The position numbers and the translations under genes were made by a program. The notes beneath the pieces were generated by a model, which saw only the letters and a program-made list of their open reading frames with translations, had not been told where the DNA came from and searched no databases. Of a stretch of 64,000 nucleotides of DNA, positions 38,501 through 50,907 are shown piece by piece. The DNA is from Heptranchias perlo (Eukaryota): NCBI RefSeq assembly GCF_035084215.1, contig NC_090340.1, positions 36,890,001 through 36,954,000 on the forward strand, written 5' to 3'. Within the stretch, counting starts at the first letter, position 1. Every line of letters starts with the position of its first letter.

Positions 38501-41500
38501 TAAGCAGTTAATTCGCACAAGTGTTGGTTTATTATTTGTCACAGTGAAATAATATATTAGTAATGTAATGATTCATTTAGACTTCCACTTCTGCTTAGTA
38601 TCCGTTTCTCCCCATTAAGCTTCTTGGGGCATTTTCTATGTTAAAGGTGCTATGTAAGTTGTTTTTGATTTGAATCGTTGTATCATCTGTTTATAAGCAA
38701 CAACATTTTTTTTTGCCAAACGTGTTTTTTTTTATTAAGAGTACTCAATCACCCGTGGTGATTACACCCAGTTCTTTTAAGTGTAGTGTTCAGGTGAAGT
38801 GGGATTAGAGATTGAGGGATAATTGGACCAGGATGTGCTGACGTAATTCAGTCCCCACATTTTGTCCTTATTTTTATATTTCCATTATGAATTCCTATGT
38901 CTGCATTTATAATGGAAACTACCTGTGTAAGCTTGTCACATTATTACACCCTCCTGCCAGTGATGGCATTGTAGCGTCTCCACTGGATGGAGGATGTAAT
39001 GACAGCATGTCAAGTTTACATAGGCAATTTACATTGTAAATGAGGACATAGTAATTTATAATGGAGAAATTTGATAGGTGTGCACAAGATCTTTAATAAT
39101 TTACTAGTGGCATTGCACATCGGGAGTTGAGATCAAGTGTGGTCTTGAGGTGAAGCAGGGTTAGAGGACAGAGGAATACTGAAGTAATTCAATCCCCATT
39201 TTTAAAAAGTCATATATTCTGTCCTTATTTTGTATACTACATTATATTTATTTATAGTCAAATAGCAAAATGCATGGCAATTTGGGAAGCAGAGAAGTAG
39301 GGTTGGTTGTAGCATAGTTTCTCTACAGTGGAGTGTGAAGGGCTGGGAGGTGCAAAACTGAGGTGTTACAGTGACATTTACTGGCAGGAGAGTAAGAAGT
39401 TTACTGAGAAAGTTTCCATTATAAATGTGGATATTGGAATTTATAATGGAAAAAGTTGACCGGAAGTGTTTACAGACGAAAGATTTTAAATGATGCCCAT
39501 TTTAAAGAGATGGAAATTTATATTATGTTGCTACTTCATAGAATCATAGAATGGTTACTGCACAGAAGGAGGCCATTCGGCCCATCGAGCCCATGCTGGC
39601 TCTCTGCAAGAGCAATCCAGTTAGTTCCATTCCCCTGCTCTTTCCCTGTAGCCCTGCAAACTTTTTCCCTTTAAGTATTTACCACATTTCCAAATTTTGT
39701 GTCATCTGCAGATTTTGAAATTGTGCCCTGTATACCCAAGTCCAAGTCATTCATATATATTAAAATACTTGTGAGTATTTACCGCCTCCAATGTGCAAAA
39801 CTGATTTGGCAGATCTAGTCAAGCTTCATAATTGCTTTTCTTTTATCAAACACTGGGTTTATGTTCTCTGAGAATTTTTCCAAATGGATCCCTCTTAGTT
39901 TACAATAATACCATAGAAGAATTCTCTAACAATAAATATCCATTGACTGCTTCAGGCTCAGGGTTGTTGTGGCCCATCAATGGTAACAGTTTCTATACAG
40001 TAACGTTTTATAAACCATTTCAAGACTAATTAGTGCCCTCTAGACTTAGAATTGAGTGGTATCATGTTTTGAGGAAGCAGATTTATCAAATGTAATGGGG
40101 TAGAAATTGCTTGCGAAAGAACAGTGAGGTCAACAGTGCTCACCATTGTTAATGGTGAAATGGAGGAGCAAGTTCCAGCGTTCACACATGCGCAGTGAAA
40201 CGCGGAAATCCGGAACATAAAAGGGAATCCAAAAGTCTTCTACAGGCATGTAAACTGGTAATAAGAAGAGGGGTGGAGCAGGTTAGGGACCATAAAGGAG
40301 ATCTACTCATGGAGGCAGAGGAGATGGCTGAGGTGCTAAATGAGTACTTTGCATCCGTCTTTACCCAGGAAAAAGATGCTGCCAGAGTCTCAGTAAAGGA
40401 AGGTATAGTTGAGATACTGGATGGGCTAAAAATTGATAAAGAAGTGATACCTGAAAGGTTAGCTGTACTTAAAGTAGATAAGTCACCCAGTCCAAATGGG
40501 ATGCATCCTAGGTTGCTGAGGGAAGTAAGGGTGGAAATTACGGAGGTACTGGCCATAATCTTCCAAACACCCGTAGATACGGGAGTGGTGCCGGGGGGCT
40601 GGAGAATTGCAAATGTTACATCTTTGTTCAAAAAAGGGTGTAAGGATAAACCCAGCAACTATAGGCCAGTCAGTTTGACCTCAGTGGTGGGGAAACTTTT
40701 AGAAACGATAAGCCGGGACAGAATTAACAGTCACTTGGACGAGTGTGGATTGATTAGGAAAAGCCAGCACGGATTTGTTAAAGGCAAATCGTGTTTAACT
40801 AACCCGATGGAGTTTTTTGATGAGGTAACAGAGAAGGTAGATGAGGGCACTTGAAAGGAAAAAATTTGCAGGGCTACAGGGATAGGGTGGGGGAGTGCGA
40901 ACAGCTGGATTGCTCTTGCATAGAGCCGGTGGACTCGATGGACCGAATGGCCTCCTTCCGTGCTGTAACCTTTCTATGATTCTTGTATGAACTAATTTTT
41001 ATATATATTTTTTTTTTACTTATTTATACAACTTACATTTATATAACACCTTCACAGGAGCGTAATCAACCAAAAATTGACACCGAGCCAAAGAAGGAGA
41101 TATTATTAGGGGTGACTAAAAGCTTGGTCAGAGGTAGCTTTTAGGGAGAGACGTGGAGAGGTATAGGGAGGGAATTCCAGAGCTTGGGGCCTAGTTGGCT
41201 GAAAGCACGACATGGCCGCCAATGGTGGGGCAAAGGGAGTGGTAAATGCGTAAGAGGCCAGTGTTGGAGGAACACAGAATTCTCGGAGGGTTGTAGGGCT
41301 GGAGAAGGTTACAAAGATGGGATGGGGTAAGACCACGGAAAGATTTGAACACGAGGAAGGGAATTTTTAATTTGAGGTGGTGGTGGACCAGAAGCCAACA
41401 TACGTCAGCAAGCACAGGGGTGATTGATGAGTGGGACTTGGTATAGGCAACAGAGATTTGGATGAGCTCAAGTTTATGTAGGTGGAAGACGGAAGGCCAG

Positions 41501-44500
41501 CCAGGAGAGCATTGGAATAGTGGAGTTTGGAGGTAACAAAAGTATGTATGAGGGTTTCCAAGAGCAGATGGGCTGAGGCAGGGGCAGAGATATGGGGGAT
41601 GTTACAGAGGTTGAATTAGGCGGTGTTGGTGTTTGAGAGGATGTGGGTTCGGAAGCTCAGCTAAGGGTCAAATAGGATGACAAGGTGGCAAACAGTCTGG
41701 TTCAGACTGAGATGGCCAGGGAGGGTGATAGAATCGGTGGCAAAGGAATGGAGTTTGTGGCGGGGGCCAAAGGCAATGGCATCACTCTTCCTAATATTTA
41801 ATTGGAGGAAATTGTGGCTGATCTCGGACAGGATGTCGGACATAGAAACATAGAAAATAGGAGCAGGAGTAGGCTCTTCGGCCCTTCAAGCCTGCTCTGC
41901 CATGCAATATGATCCTCTATCTCAATACCATATTCCCGCTCTCTCCCCATATCCCTTGATGCCTTTTGTGTCTAGAAACCTATCTTGCTCCTTCTTAAAT
42001 ATATTCAGTGACTTGGGCTCCACAGCCTTCTGTGGTAGAGAATTCCTCAGGTTCACCACTCTCTGAGTGAAGACATTTCTCCTCATCTCAGTCCTAAATG
42101 TCCAACCCCATATTCTGAGACTGTGACCCCTCGTTCTGGACCCCCCAGCCAGGGGAAACATCCTCCCTGCATCCAGTCTGTCTAGCCCTGTCAGAATTTT
42201 ATATGTTTCAATGAGATCCCCTCTCATTCTTCTAAACTCTAATGAATACAAGCTGAGTCGACCCAATCTCTCCTCATACGACAGTCCTGCCATCCCAGGA
42301 ATCGCTGCACTCCCTCTATGGCAAGTATATCCTTTCTGAGGAAAGGAGACCAAAACTGCACACAATACTCCAGGTGTGGTCTCACCAAGGCCCTGAATAA
42401 CTGCAGTAAGACATCCTTGCTCCTGGACTCAAATCCTCTTGCAATGAAGTCCAACATACCATTTGCCTTCCTAACTGCTTGCTGCACCTGCATGTTTGCT
42501 TTCAGTGACTGGTCTACAAGGGCATCCAGGTCCCTTTGTACATCAATATTTCCCAATCTATCACCATTTAAATAATACTCTGCCTTTCTGTTTTTCCTTC
42601 CGAAGTGGATAACTTCACATTTATCCACATTATACTGCATCTGCCATGTATTTGCCCACTCACTCAACTTGTCTAAATTGCCTTGAAGCCTCTTTGCATC
42701 CTCCTCATAACTCACGATCCCACCTAGTTTTGTGTTGTCAGCAAACTTGGAAATATTACATTTGGTTCCCTCATCCAAATCATTGATATATATTGTGAAT
42801 AGCTGGGGCCCAAGCACTGATCCCTGCGGTACCCCACTAGACACTGCCTGCCACCCCGAAAAAGACCCATTTATTCCTACTCTCTGTTTCCTGTCTGTTA
42901 TCCAATTTTCAATCCATGCCAGTATATTACCACCAATCCCATGTGCTTTAATTTTGCACACTAAACTCTTATGTGGAACTTTATCAAAGGCCTTCTGAAA
43001 ATCCAAATAAACCACATCCACTACTCCTCCCTTATCTATTCTACCAGTTACATCCTCAAAAAACTCCAGTAGGTTTGTCAAACATGATTTCCCTTTCATA
43101 AATGCATGTTGACTTTATCTAATCCAGTTGATATTTTCTAAGTGTCCTGTTATCACATCCTTTATAATAGACTCTAGCATTTTCCCTATTACTGATGTTA
43201 GGCTATCCAGTCTGTAGTTCCCTGTTTTCTCTCTCCCTTTTTTTAATAGTGGGGTTACATTTTCCACCCTCCAATCAGCAGGAACTATTCCATAATCTAT
43301 AGAATTTTGGAAGATGACCACTAATGCATCCACTATTTCCATGGCTACCTCTTTTAGTACTCTGGGATGCAGATTATCAGGCCCTGGTGATTTATCGGCT
43401 TTCAGTCCCATTCATTTCTCCAGCACTTTTTTTAGTAATACTAATTTCCTTTAATTCCTCCTTCTCACTAGTCCCTTGGTTCCCTAGCATTTCTGGGAAG
43501 TTATTTGTGTCCTCTTCCATGAAGACAGAACCAAAATATTTGTTTAATTGCTCTGCCATTTCCTCGTTCCCCATTATAAATTCTCCCGTTTCTGACTGTA
43601 AGGGACCTACATTTGTCTTCACTAATCTTTTTCATTTTACATACTCGTAGAAGCTTTTACAGTAGGTACCAACAACATATGTAGGACTAAAAAAAAAGTT
43701 TCTGCTGAGAGAGTTTGAGCAGCTAGGGACTAAATTAAGAAGCAAAACCACAAAGGTAATAATCTCTGGATTATTACCTGAGCCACGAGCAAATTGGCAT
43801 TGGGTAAATAAGATCAGAGAGATGAATGCGTGGCTCAAAGATTGGTGTGGGAGAAGTGGGTTTCGATTCGTGGGGCACTGGCATCAGTACTGGGGAAAGA
43901 GAGAGCTGTTCCGTTGGGACGGACTACACCTGAACCATGCTGAGACCAGAGTTCTAGCGAATCGAATAACTAGGGAGGTTGATGGGGCTTTAAACTAAAT
44001 AAGTGGGGGGGGAGGGTCCCGGTGGAGAGAAATCTAGAATGCTAAAGAGAAAAGACAAAGAAGCAGTACAGGAAAGTGATTGGGATAAGGATAACCAGAT
44101 TGTGTCAGGAAGGGACAGAGCGTACAAACAAAAGATTGCACTAACAAATAGGGGCCAGGTAAGAAAAAATGGTAATAAAACAAATAGGGCCATAGTACAA
44201 AAAAATGTTAAGATGTCTAAAAATGTTAAAAAGACAAATCTAAAGGCACTGTATCTGAATGCATGAAGGACATTGAGGTAGTGCAGGGGTCGAGAGAGAT
44301 GGTGGGGAGGTAGAAATGGGTGTCGTCCGCTTACATGTGGAATTTCTTCGGATGATGTCGCTGAGGGACAGCATGTAGGTGAGAAATAGGAGGAGGTCAA
44401 GGATAAATCCTTGGGGAACACCAGAGGTAGTGATGCAGGGCTGGTAAGAGAAGCCATCGCAGGAAATTCTCTGGTTATAACTGGATGGGTAAGTGTCTGT

Positions 44501-47500
44501 CACAAATTTTGTCCTTCACATTTTGTTACAGAGGCAAAATAATTTTTAAAAAGCAACTCACTTAATTCTGGGTGTTTCTGACATAGTCTAAAACTAATGA
44601 GCATTTTCCAATCTGCACAGTTCTTTCACCCAACAACAGTTAAACTCTGATCTGAAGCTCTCTTTACTTAACATTTAGACTTTGTAACATTAAAGGGTCA
44701 GAGCTCCATCTTAGCAACATAATGATACATTGTACATTTCACATTTCCTGGAGTAGTGTGCTTTTCTGGAACCCTCATTACAGGAAGCATGTAGCTAAGC
44801 TGGATAAAGTGTAGAGAAAAGCTACTAGATCGATTAGGGAACTGGAGCCTAAAACATAAAGGGGCAGAAATCACTCCCGAAATAATGGAAGAGCTCAACA
44901 ACGCTCTCCGTTGTTAGTGGCAAAATAAAGTAGCAAGTTCCGGCGTTTGCACATGTGCAGTGGAACACAGAAATCGGGAACTTGCTCCTAGTGGTTCGCT
45001 AACGATAGGACAGCTTTGAATTAAAGGAACGTCGCACGCTGCAATCAGAGAAATCATTGAAAAAGTGCAAGCTTGCTTATCTGCCCAGCTGGAAAGTAAC
45101 TAATATCGCCCCCAACAAGAATGCTTAAAAATACAGGTCTAAACTAAGTTTTAACAGCGCAGTAAGTCTTGATTGCCAAACAACTAAAAATTAACTTGTA
45201 AAAATTCGGAATCTCATTACTCTGTATTTTAATAGTTTTTGGTCATTAAAAAAAATTATTTTTTTAATTAAATTTTTTTTTTCACTTTTCCCTTCTTTTA
45301 TTTAATTTAGTTAGTTCTTTGGCTTTTTATAAAATTTATTTACAATTACATACAGAATACTAACTTTCAATGAGTGAAGTCTGCTTACCTGTTTGAGCAA
45401 TGCCGAATCTCTGGGCGTGACTTCTCTGCCTGACAGATTTTTTGGACGTGTCTTCTCCTCTCAGACTTTCCCAGCCGCGGCAACTCACGCTGCTCAGAGG
45501 CTGGGGTGATAGCGCTCAAATTTTTAAAAGTTCAAATTCAAGCAATTCGAAGCCACAGAGCCTGCAGTAAGTAATTTTGTTAATGTAATTAGCAGGAGCA
45601 GCGGTGACCATTACCTCACTACTCCAAGCGATTTCTGGCCCATGAAGATAGACTTGCAGAACTGGGACTATTCTCTTTGGAGAGGAGAAAACTGGGGTTT
45701 CGATTGAGGCTTTCAAATTAATAAGGCTCAGGGATGTAGCAGATCAGTCCGGGCTATTTGATTTGGTATTAGACAGCCGAATAAGGATGTACAAGTATAA
45801 GCGAAAAAGGAGTTAAGAAAATGTTACTTCATCAAGAAGCTGGTAATTTTTTGCGACAGTTTAACAAGGGAATTTGTAGGAGCAAGTAGCTTAGATTTCC
45901 TCAAGGTCAAATTGAACAAATATCTTTAAGAGAAATACATAATCGGCTACAATAGGACAGCAGGAAAGCAAGTTAAATGGACCTATGTGGCAGTTTTCTG
46001 GCCCCCCTCCCAGGAAAATCCTGCGGCAAGGTAACAGAAGCAGAGACCTGGATATCTAGGTCTTTGCTTCTTTTACCTGATCTCTTTGTCCGGCGAACTA
46101 AGCATTCTTTGGTGGCAAGAGGCAGGAAAGTTGTGCTCTATGGTCTCTTCTGGCCTTGAGATTATTTTTATCTTCCGACTTCCCACGAGCAACACCATGG
46201 CACATCTACCACTTTTTGGCATAGCAAACAAATCTGGAGCTTTCCATCAATGCAATTTAAAAAGATTCAGTAGAATCTAGAAAAGAGAAGACCGAGGGGT
46301 GACCTGATAGAGGTCATTAAGATTATGAAAGGGATTGATAGGGTAGACCTGGAGAAGATGTTTCCACTTGCAGGGGAGACCAGAACTAGGGGCCATAAAC
46401 TTAAGATAGTCACTAATATATACAATAGGGAATTAATGAGAAACTTCTTTACCCAGAGAGTGGCTAGAATGTGGAACTCACTACCACAAAGTGTAGTTAA
46501 GGAGACTAGCATAGATGCATTTAAGGGGAAGCTAGATAAGCACATGAGGGAGAAAAATAGAAGGATATGCTGATGGGGTTAGATAAAGTAGGGAGGGAGG
46601 AAGCTCGTGTGGAGCATAAACACTGGCATGGACCTGTTGGTCCAAATGGCCTGTTTCTGTGCTGTACGTTCTATGTAATTCTATGTAGCAGCAGCTTCTG
46701 GGAAATAATCTTTTCTCACATGTTTAGGAGCCAGTATTTCTACATTTGAGTACACTCGCTGTATGTGATCCCGTGTGTCTTGTGTCTCGTTTCTTCCTAC
46801 TGGTCACACTTAATCATGTTTTTCCTGACACATTTGTTTGCACTTTTTTTGTTCTAGTGTTGAACCATTAGCAGTTGTGAACTGAAATGCTAGCATTTAA
46901 AGTTAGAGTTAGGGGCTGGCAAGCTCAAAGGATAAGTAGTGGTTTTCCCAGTGGTTCAGTAAGTTCATGCAATGAGTACTCAGCCACATGACCCAGGAAG
47001 GTCCCAGGTCCAATATCTGTTCTGTGCCGAGCTAGCTGATCTCGGCAAGGGTGGCATTTGCTTAGTGAGGAAAATCCTGCTTCTGCTCGTTATCCAGTGA
47101 CTCCTGCTGGAAGTGCAGGTGTGACCATCACATTTTAAAACTTGATTGCTACAGTTAGAGGTACGTGCATTTGAATAATTTCAACTCCTATTAGTTTTTT
47201 GATTTGCATCAGAAATAATTTATAAACCAACAATGAACCCTGGCAATATCCCCCTCGCTTTTGGAAGGAGATATTGAATATGGAAGTGGTCAGAAAGTAC
47301 TGACAGCTAGGTGAAGGAGGTTGGGTAGAACTTGGTATTCTCATCTTTGTGTTTGTTAAAATACTAAAACCCTACTGAAAATATTGGTGCACATATCAAT
47401 TTATTTTTAAAGATTTACTTGATTTTTGGCTGAGGTATATGTAGAAGTAAAATTTTTGATATTTTAAATTGCATTTATGGTTCTTGGTAAGACCCACCGA

Positions 47501-50500
47501 AATGACAACTGATTTAGAGAAATATATTGTAATTCATTGTCAACCTGCCTATTTGATTGCTGTGCTTTTTTTTACAAATTTACAGGCAGACGCAGATGAT
47601 CCAGACCAAACTGCTGAAGGCAGACTTCCATGGAGCCATTGTGACAGGTATACATATAGATAATTTGTTTTCTAATAAGCAAAGTATGCAGAATCTGTAA
47701 CAAGGAAGATAAACCCTAAGGTGTAGAACATACAGCTATTTTTATATATAGAATCATAGAATCAAATCAGAAGGTAAGATCAAGTATATAGTATTCAACC
47801 CATCTAACTTATACAAACAAAATTACACTGAAAATGCTGGAAATCTAACACAAAAAACAGAATGCTTAAAACGCACTTTCCAGTAGTACCTGAATTAAGA
47901 GCATTTTTGTTTTTTGTTTCAGTCCACTTAACTTGACATTTAGGGCACCACCCAAACCACATCCTCCTTCCAGCTGAGTTTGTGACTTTCTACTCTGTTG
48001 AGTTAGGAGTCTGAATTTTTGAAAGCCATTTCCACCTCCGTAACATTGCCTGTCTCCGCACATGCCCCAGCTAATCTGCTGCTGAAACCCTCATCCATGC
48101 CTTTGTTACCTCTAGACTTGACTATTCCAATGCTCTCCAGGCTGGCCTCCCATTTTCCACCCTCTATAAACTTGAGCTCATCCAAAACTCTGCTGCCCGA
48201 CTCCTAACTCGCACGAAGTCTCGTTCCCTCATCATCCCTGCGCTCGCTGACCTACATTGGCTCCCAGTCCGGCAACGCCTCGATTTTAACATTCTCATCC
48301 TTGTTTTCAAATCCTTCCATAGCCTCGCCCTTTCCTATCTTTGTAAGCTCCTCCAGCCCTAAACCCTCGGAGATCTCTGCACTCCTCCAATTCTTGCCTC
48401 TCGAGCATCCCCGATTTTAATCACTCCACCATTGGCAGCCGTGCTTTCAGCTGCGTAGGCCTTAACCTCTGGAATTCCCTCCCTAAGCCTCTCTACCTCT
48501 CCTCCTTTAAGACGCTCCTTAAAACCTACCTCCTCGTCTGACCTAATATCTCCTTATGTGGCTCGGTGTCGAGTTTTGTTTGAAAAGGCTCCTGTGAAGC
48601 ATCTTGGGACATTTTACTATGTTAAAGGCGCTATATAAATGCTAGTTGTTGTTGCTTCAACTGAGCCTGCATCCCTTAAGTGTGGAGGTATTATGTGTAG
48701 CTGTGGGGGGATTCTGCTGTTACAGCCCTATAATTGTTGTGTATCGTTTAAAGTTATATAAATGGTATGTGAAGTGTTAAGAGTTTGTATTTATTGTCCT
48801 AGCAGCAAATACAACTCTGTCTCCAAGGGTCTGATCTTTCAGTTTCCCTAGATAAACAATGAGATCCAGCAGGTTTCTGAAATGTAAAATTAATTTGTAT
48901 TTGAAAAGTGTATGTGTGCAAAAAATTATTCTAACCCATCAATCTATAAACACAAAAAAAACTTTAGGTGAAATGTTTTGGTGAGATCCACATTTTTATA
49001 ATTTGTTTGCATTACAGTGGTGAAGTCCAAATGTCCCTCCTATGTAGGGGTCACAGGAATTATTCTGCAGGAAATGAAACATATATTCAAGATTATCACT
49101 CTGGAAAATAAGCTTAAAGGTATTGTTACAAATTTCAGGTCTACTCTAGGGTTTAGCATCACTGGTCTCCCCCATAGGTGGATCCCAGATCCTTTACAAT
49201 CAGGAGTTTATTTTTACTGTCCAGTATCTAGTCATATGATAGCATGACTAGGGGTCATGACAATAAAGCCCTGTAGCAAAAGAACTGGATAAACTCTCAC
49301 GTTTAATTTTCCAATCTTCTAAAATAAGGCTTTTCTAGTCAATTATCTCTCTTGATTCTGACCGATTCTGAGCTTAAAATGAGAGAGCTTTTTCTTGATA
49401 GGTCAGGCTGCTTTACAAAACTAACTGGCCTCGTGTTTCTTTGTTCTCATTTCATAACTGAACAGGAAAGCAGCAGTTTGACCTCTGACCCTCTCCCTGT
49501 CTTAGGGTTGGTCAATTAAACCAGCTACCACACCCCTGGGTGGAGGTGCCTTAGTAACTATCTCCTACTATTTCCCAAATGAATAAGACAATCGCAGGGA
49601 TGTATTAACAACCTTTATTGTCACAGTTTGAAGTGGTATGTAAGTAGCAACAGCCCACAAACTGGAGCAAAGGGGATTTCAAGCGTTTCTGAGCAAAAGT
49701 TAACTCAAAAATAGCATTTTATTGTAAATCATACGATGGTCCATCTGTGGTAAAATAGATAGATCTCAAAACATGAAAAGGTTGTACATCTTGTCCCCGT
49801 GTGGCCAGTTTAATTCTTACAGTTTGTGGTCAGTTTAACACTCTGATAGAGCTAACTAAAGAATAACTCAGCTAAAATAAAGTTCTGCTTAGCCTCTCAT
49901 ATACAGTGTCATTTTTGTTCAGTGCAATGTAAACTCCACTGTGCAGGACTAAATCCCATTTCAACTTCAATTTTTTTAGCCCATACTTTGTCAAAGTCAG
50001 TTAAATGGAGGCTATACGTGGATAAGTGGTGGATTGTGAAACATAAATTATTGTTTGGTGCTGGGGTATGCCAATTCCTCAAATTAGTGGTTTGTAATCA
50101 TTCCCAGATACCAATTTTTCGCTATTTTACATACCAGTTGTAAATGTTGTTGTTAATTCTCAAAACATTGATTCTGTGGTGGTAGTGACATTACCGGCTG
50201 TGACTATAGAACATTTTTAATTATTATTAAAACATAACTTATTTTGTAAAGCATTGAAATGCTAAAGAACTGAAAAAAGTTTTAAACTTGATTTTACACA
50301 CTAGTTCTAATCGCTTTATTTTCTCCCCTCTCCCCCCCCCCCCCCCCCCCCCCCACCCCCTGCAACCCAGTTATTCCCAAGCAAAATAGTATCTTCAGCG
50401 TGGAAGTCGATGGCTTTGTTTCCTATATCTACGGCAGCAAGTTTCAGCTGAGATCAAGTGAACGCTCTGCAAAGAAATTTAAAGGGAAAGGAAGCATAGA

Positions 50501-50507
50501 CCTTTGA
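32221..50507 (+). CDS. POP4: Ribonuclease P/MRP protein subunit p29, 7 coding exons: join(32221-32227,36049-36095,36572-36795,37809-37886,47586-47647,49018-49119,50371-50507), 657 nt, 218 aa
   Basis: Manually spliced translation MDNIVYSTISMKETVDIQPQGSRQAEAFVKTFL...YELFLPLHELWKQYIRDLCNGLKPDMQTQMIQTKLLKADFHGAIVTVVKSKCPSYVGVTGIILQEMKHIFKIIT...IPKQNSIFSVEVDGFVSYIYGSKFQLRSSERSAKKFKGKGSIDL* matches vertebrate POP4 as I recall it. All introns are GT-AG and phases are consistent. Confidence 0.97.
33090..33585 (+). mobile_element. CR1 3' fragment in POP4 intron 1
   Basis: ALERVQRRFTRMVPG...WNALPERVV...AGEWD* plus 3'UTR. Confidence 0.9.
35575..35710 (+). mobile_element. Decayed tRNA-derived SINE
   Basis: A-box-like tgactcagctgg and B-box-like ggttcaatcc; related copies at 4120 and 46945. 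Confidence 0.55.
36049..36095 (+). CDS. POP4: POP4 coding exon 2
   Basis: tttatttccctgttgaag acceptor, CAG|gtatgc donor; encodes (N)IVYSTISMKETVDIQ, 47 nt. Confidence 0.88.
36116..36131 (-). promoter_or_regulatory. CTCF-like motif in POP4 intron 2
   Basis: Minus strand reads ACACCAGAGGGCAGCA, close to the CTCF core consensus, 20 nt after exon 2. Confidence 0.45.
36572..36795 (+). CDS. POP4: POP4 coding exon 3
   Basis: ctgacag acceptor, AAG|gtaggc donor; PQGSRQAEAFVKTFLRHSLP...RKAVILEHLLKKRKKEKRRKTKCLSAKERRELRIFELKPEQQ. Confidence 0.96.
37809..37886 (+). CDS. POP4: POP4 coding exon 4
   Basis: ttttccag acceptor, gtaagt donor; YELFLPLHELWKQYIRDLCNGLKPD. Confidence 0.97.
38760..39470. repeat. 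Old hairpin-rich direct/inverted repeat cluster in POP4 intron 4
   Basis: 38881-38920 matches the reverse complement of 39411-39450 at 35/40; direct similarity between 38780-38888 and 39135-39245. Confidence 0.65.
40212..40985 (+). mobile_element. CR1 fragment with internal deletion, inserted in a MITE end (40095-40210)
   Basis: ORF 40195-40854 (EMAEVLNEYFASVFT...NYRPVSLTS...QHGFVKGKSC) jumps to the 3' end at ~40850. Confidence 0.9.
41841..43662 (-). mobile_element. CR1 LINE, 5'-truncated
   Basis: RT ORFs 43115-43411 and 42239-43099; catagaaa tail at 41841. Confidence 0.95.
43662..44267 (+). mobile_element. CR1 ORF1 (SGNH esterase) C-terminus and ORF2 start, inverted relative to the adjacent copy
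   Basis: VGTNN...VIISGLLPEPRAN...DGLHLN then NLKALYLNA. Confidence 0.85.
44861..45641. mobile_element. Non-autonomous TIR element inserted in an old CR1
   Basis: TIRs ggggcagaaatcact / agcgatttctggccc; left end homologous to 40095-40210; decayed CR1 continues at 45642-45980. Confidence 0.75.
46278..46687 (+). mobile_element. CR1 3' fragment
   Basis: TRTRGHKLKI...FFTQRVARMWNSLPQ; ttctatgta tail. Confidence 0.9.
47586..47647 (+). CDS. POP4: POP4 coding exon 5
   Basis: tttacag acceptor, CAG|gtatac donor; QTQMIQTKLLKADFHGAIVT. Confidence 0.96.
48020..48655 (+). mobile_element. L2 LINE 3' fragment in POP4 intron 5
   Basis: ctcatccatgcctttgttacctctagacttgactattccaatgc motif; typical end gttaaaggcgctatataaatgc...gttgttgttg. 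Confidence 0.9.
49018..49119 (+). CDS. POP4: POP4 coding exon 6
   Basis: attacag acceptor, AAG|gtattg donor; VKSKCPSYVGVTGIILQEMKHIFKIITLENKLK. Confidence 0.97.
50371..50507 (+). CDS. POP4: POP4 coding exon 7 (terminal)
   Basis: cccag acceptor; IPKQNSIFSVEVDGFVSYIYGSKFQLRSSERSAKKFKGKGSIDL then TGA at 50505-50507. Confidence 0.97.
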
Positions 50508-50826
50508 GTCAAGGGCAGAGCAGCCGGTGCACGTTAACAACTACAATCACCGACTCCTGGACACAGCTTCACTGGAAAAGATGTGGCCCTGTCAAGTGGA
50601 GACGAATGTTCAGCTCAACCAGTGGGAATATGAATCGATTTTCTTGTCTCCTGGGATTTTTTTTAATACTTGTCGTGCAATTCCCTACCAAATTCCTGCA
50701 TTCAATTGCTAAGCGATGAAATGTTTCGTCATAACATTCAGCAACTGTGTCCTAATCTGTGTTATCTTTTCATACAGTGAATTAACACATACTGAAAATA
50801 ATTTGTTTACCAAGTGTTTGGTCTTT

Positions 50827-50864
50827 ATTAAAGTTCATTAAAATATATAAAAGCCGAAATTAAA
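50827..50864 (+). terminator. Probable POP4 polyadenylation signals (ATTAAA x3)
   Basis: ATTAAA at 50827, 50837 and 50859, about 320 nt after the stop and just before repeats resume. Confidence 0.55.
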
Positions 50865-50907
50865 TCATTGGTTATACTGACAGCACCAACAACTTGCATT
50901 TATATAG

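Larger units (their letters stand above)
41010..44490 (-). mobile_element. L2 LINE (41010-41840 and 44268-44490) split by a composite CR1 block
   Basis: NFLQLNIRKS, ETLIHTFVTSKLHYSNALLAGLP and SGVPQGFIL L2 motifs are collinear across the insert. Confidence 0.85.
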
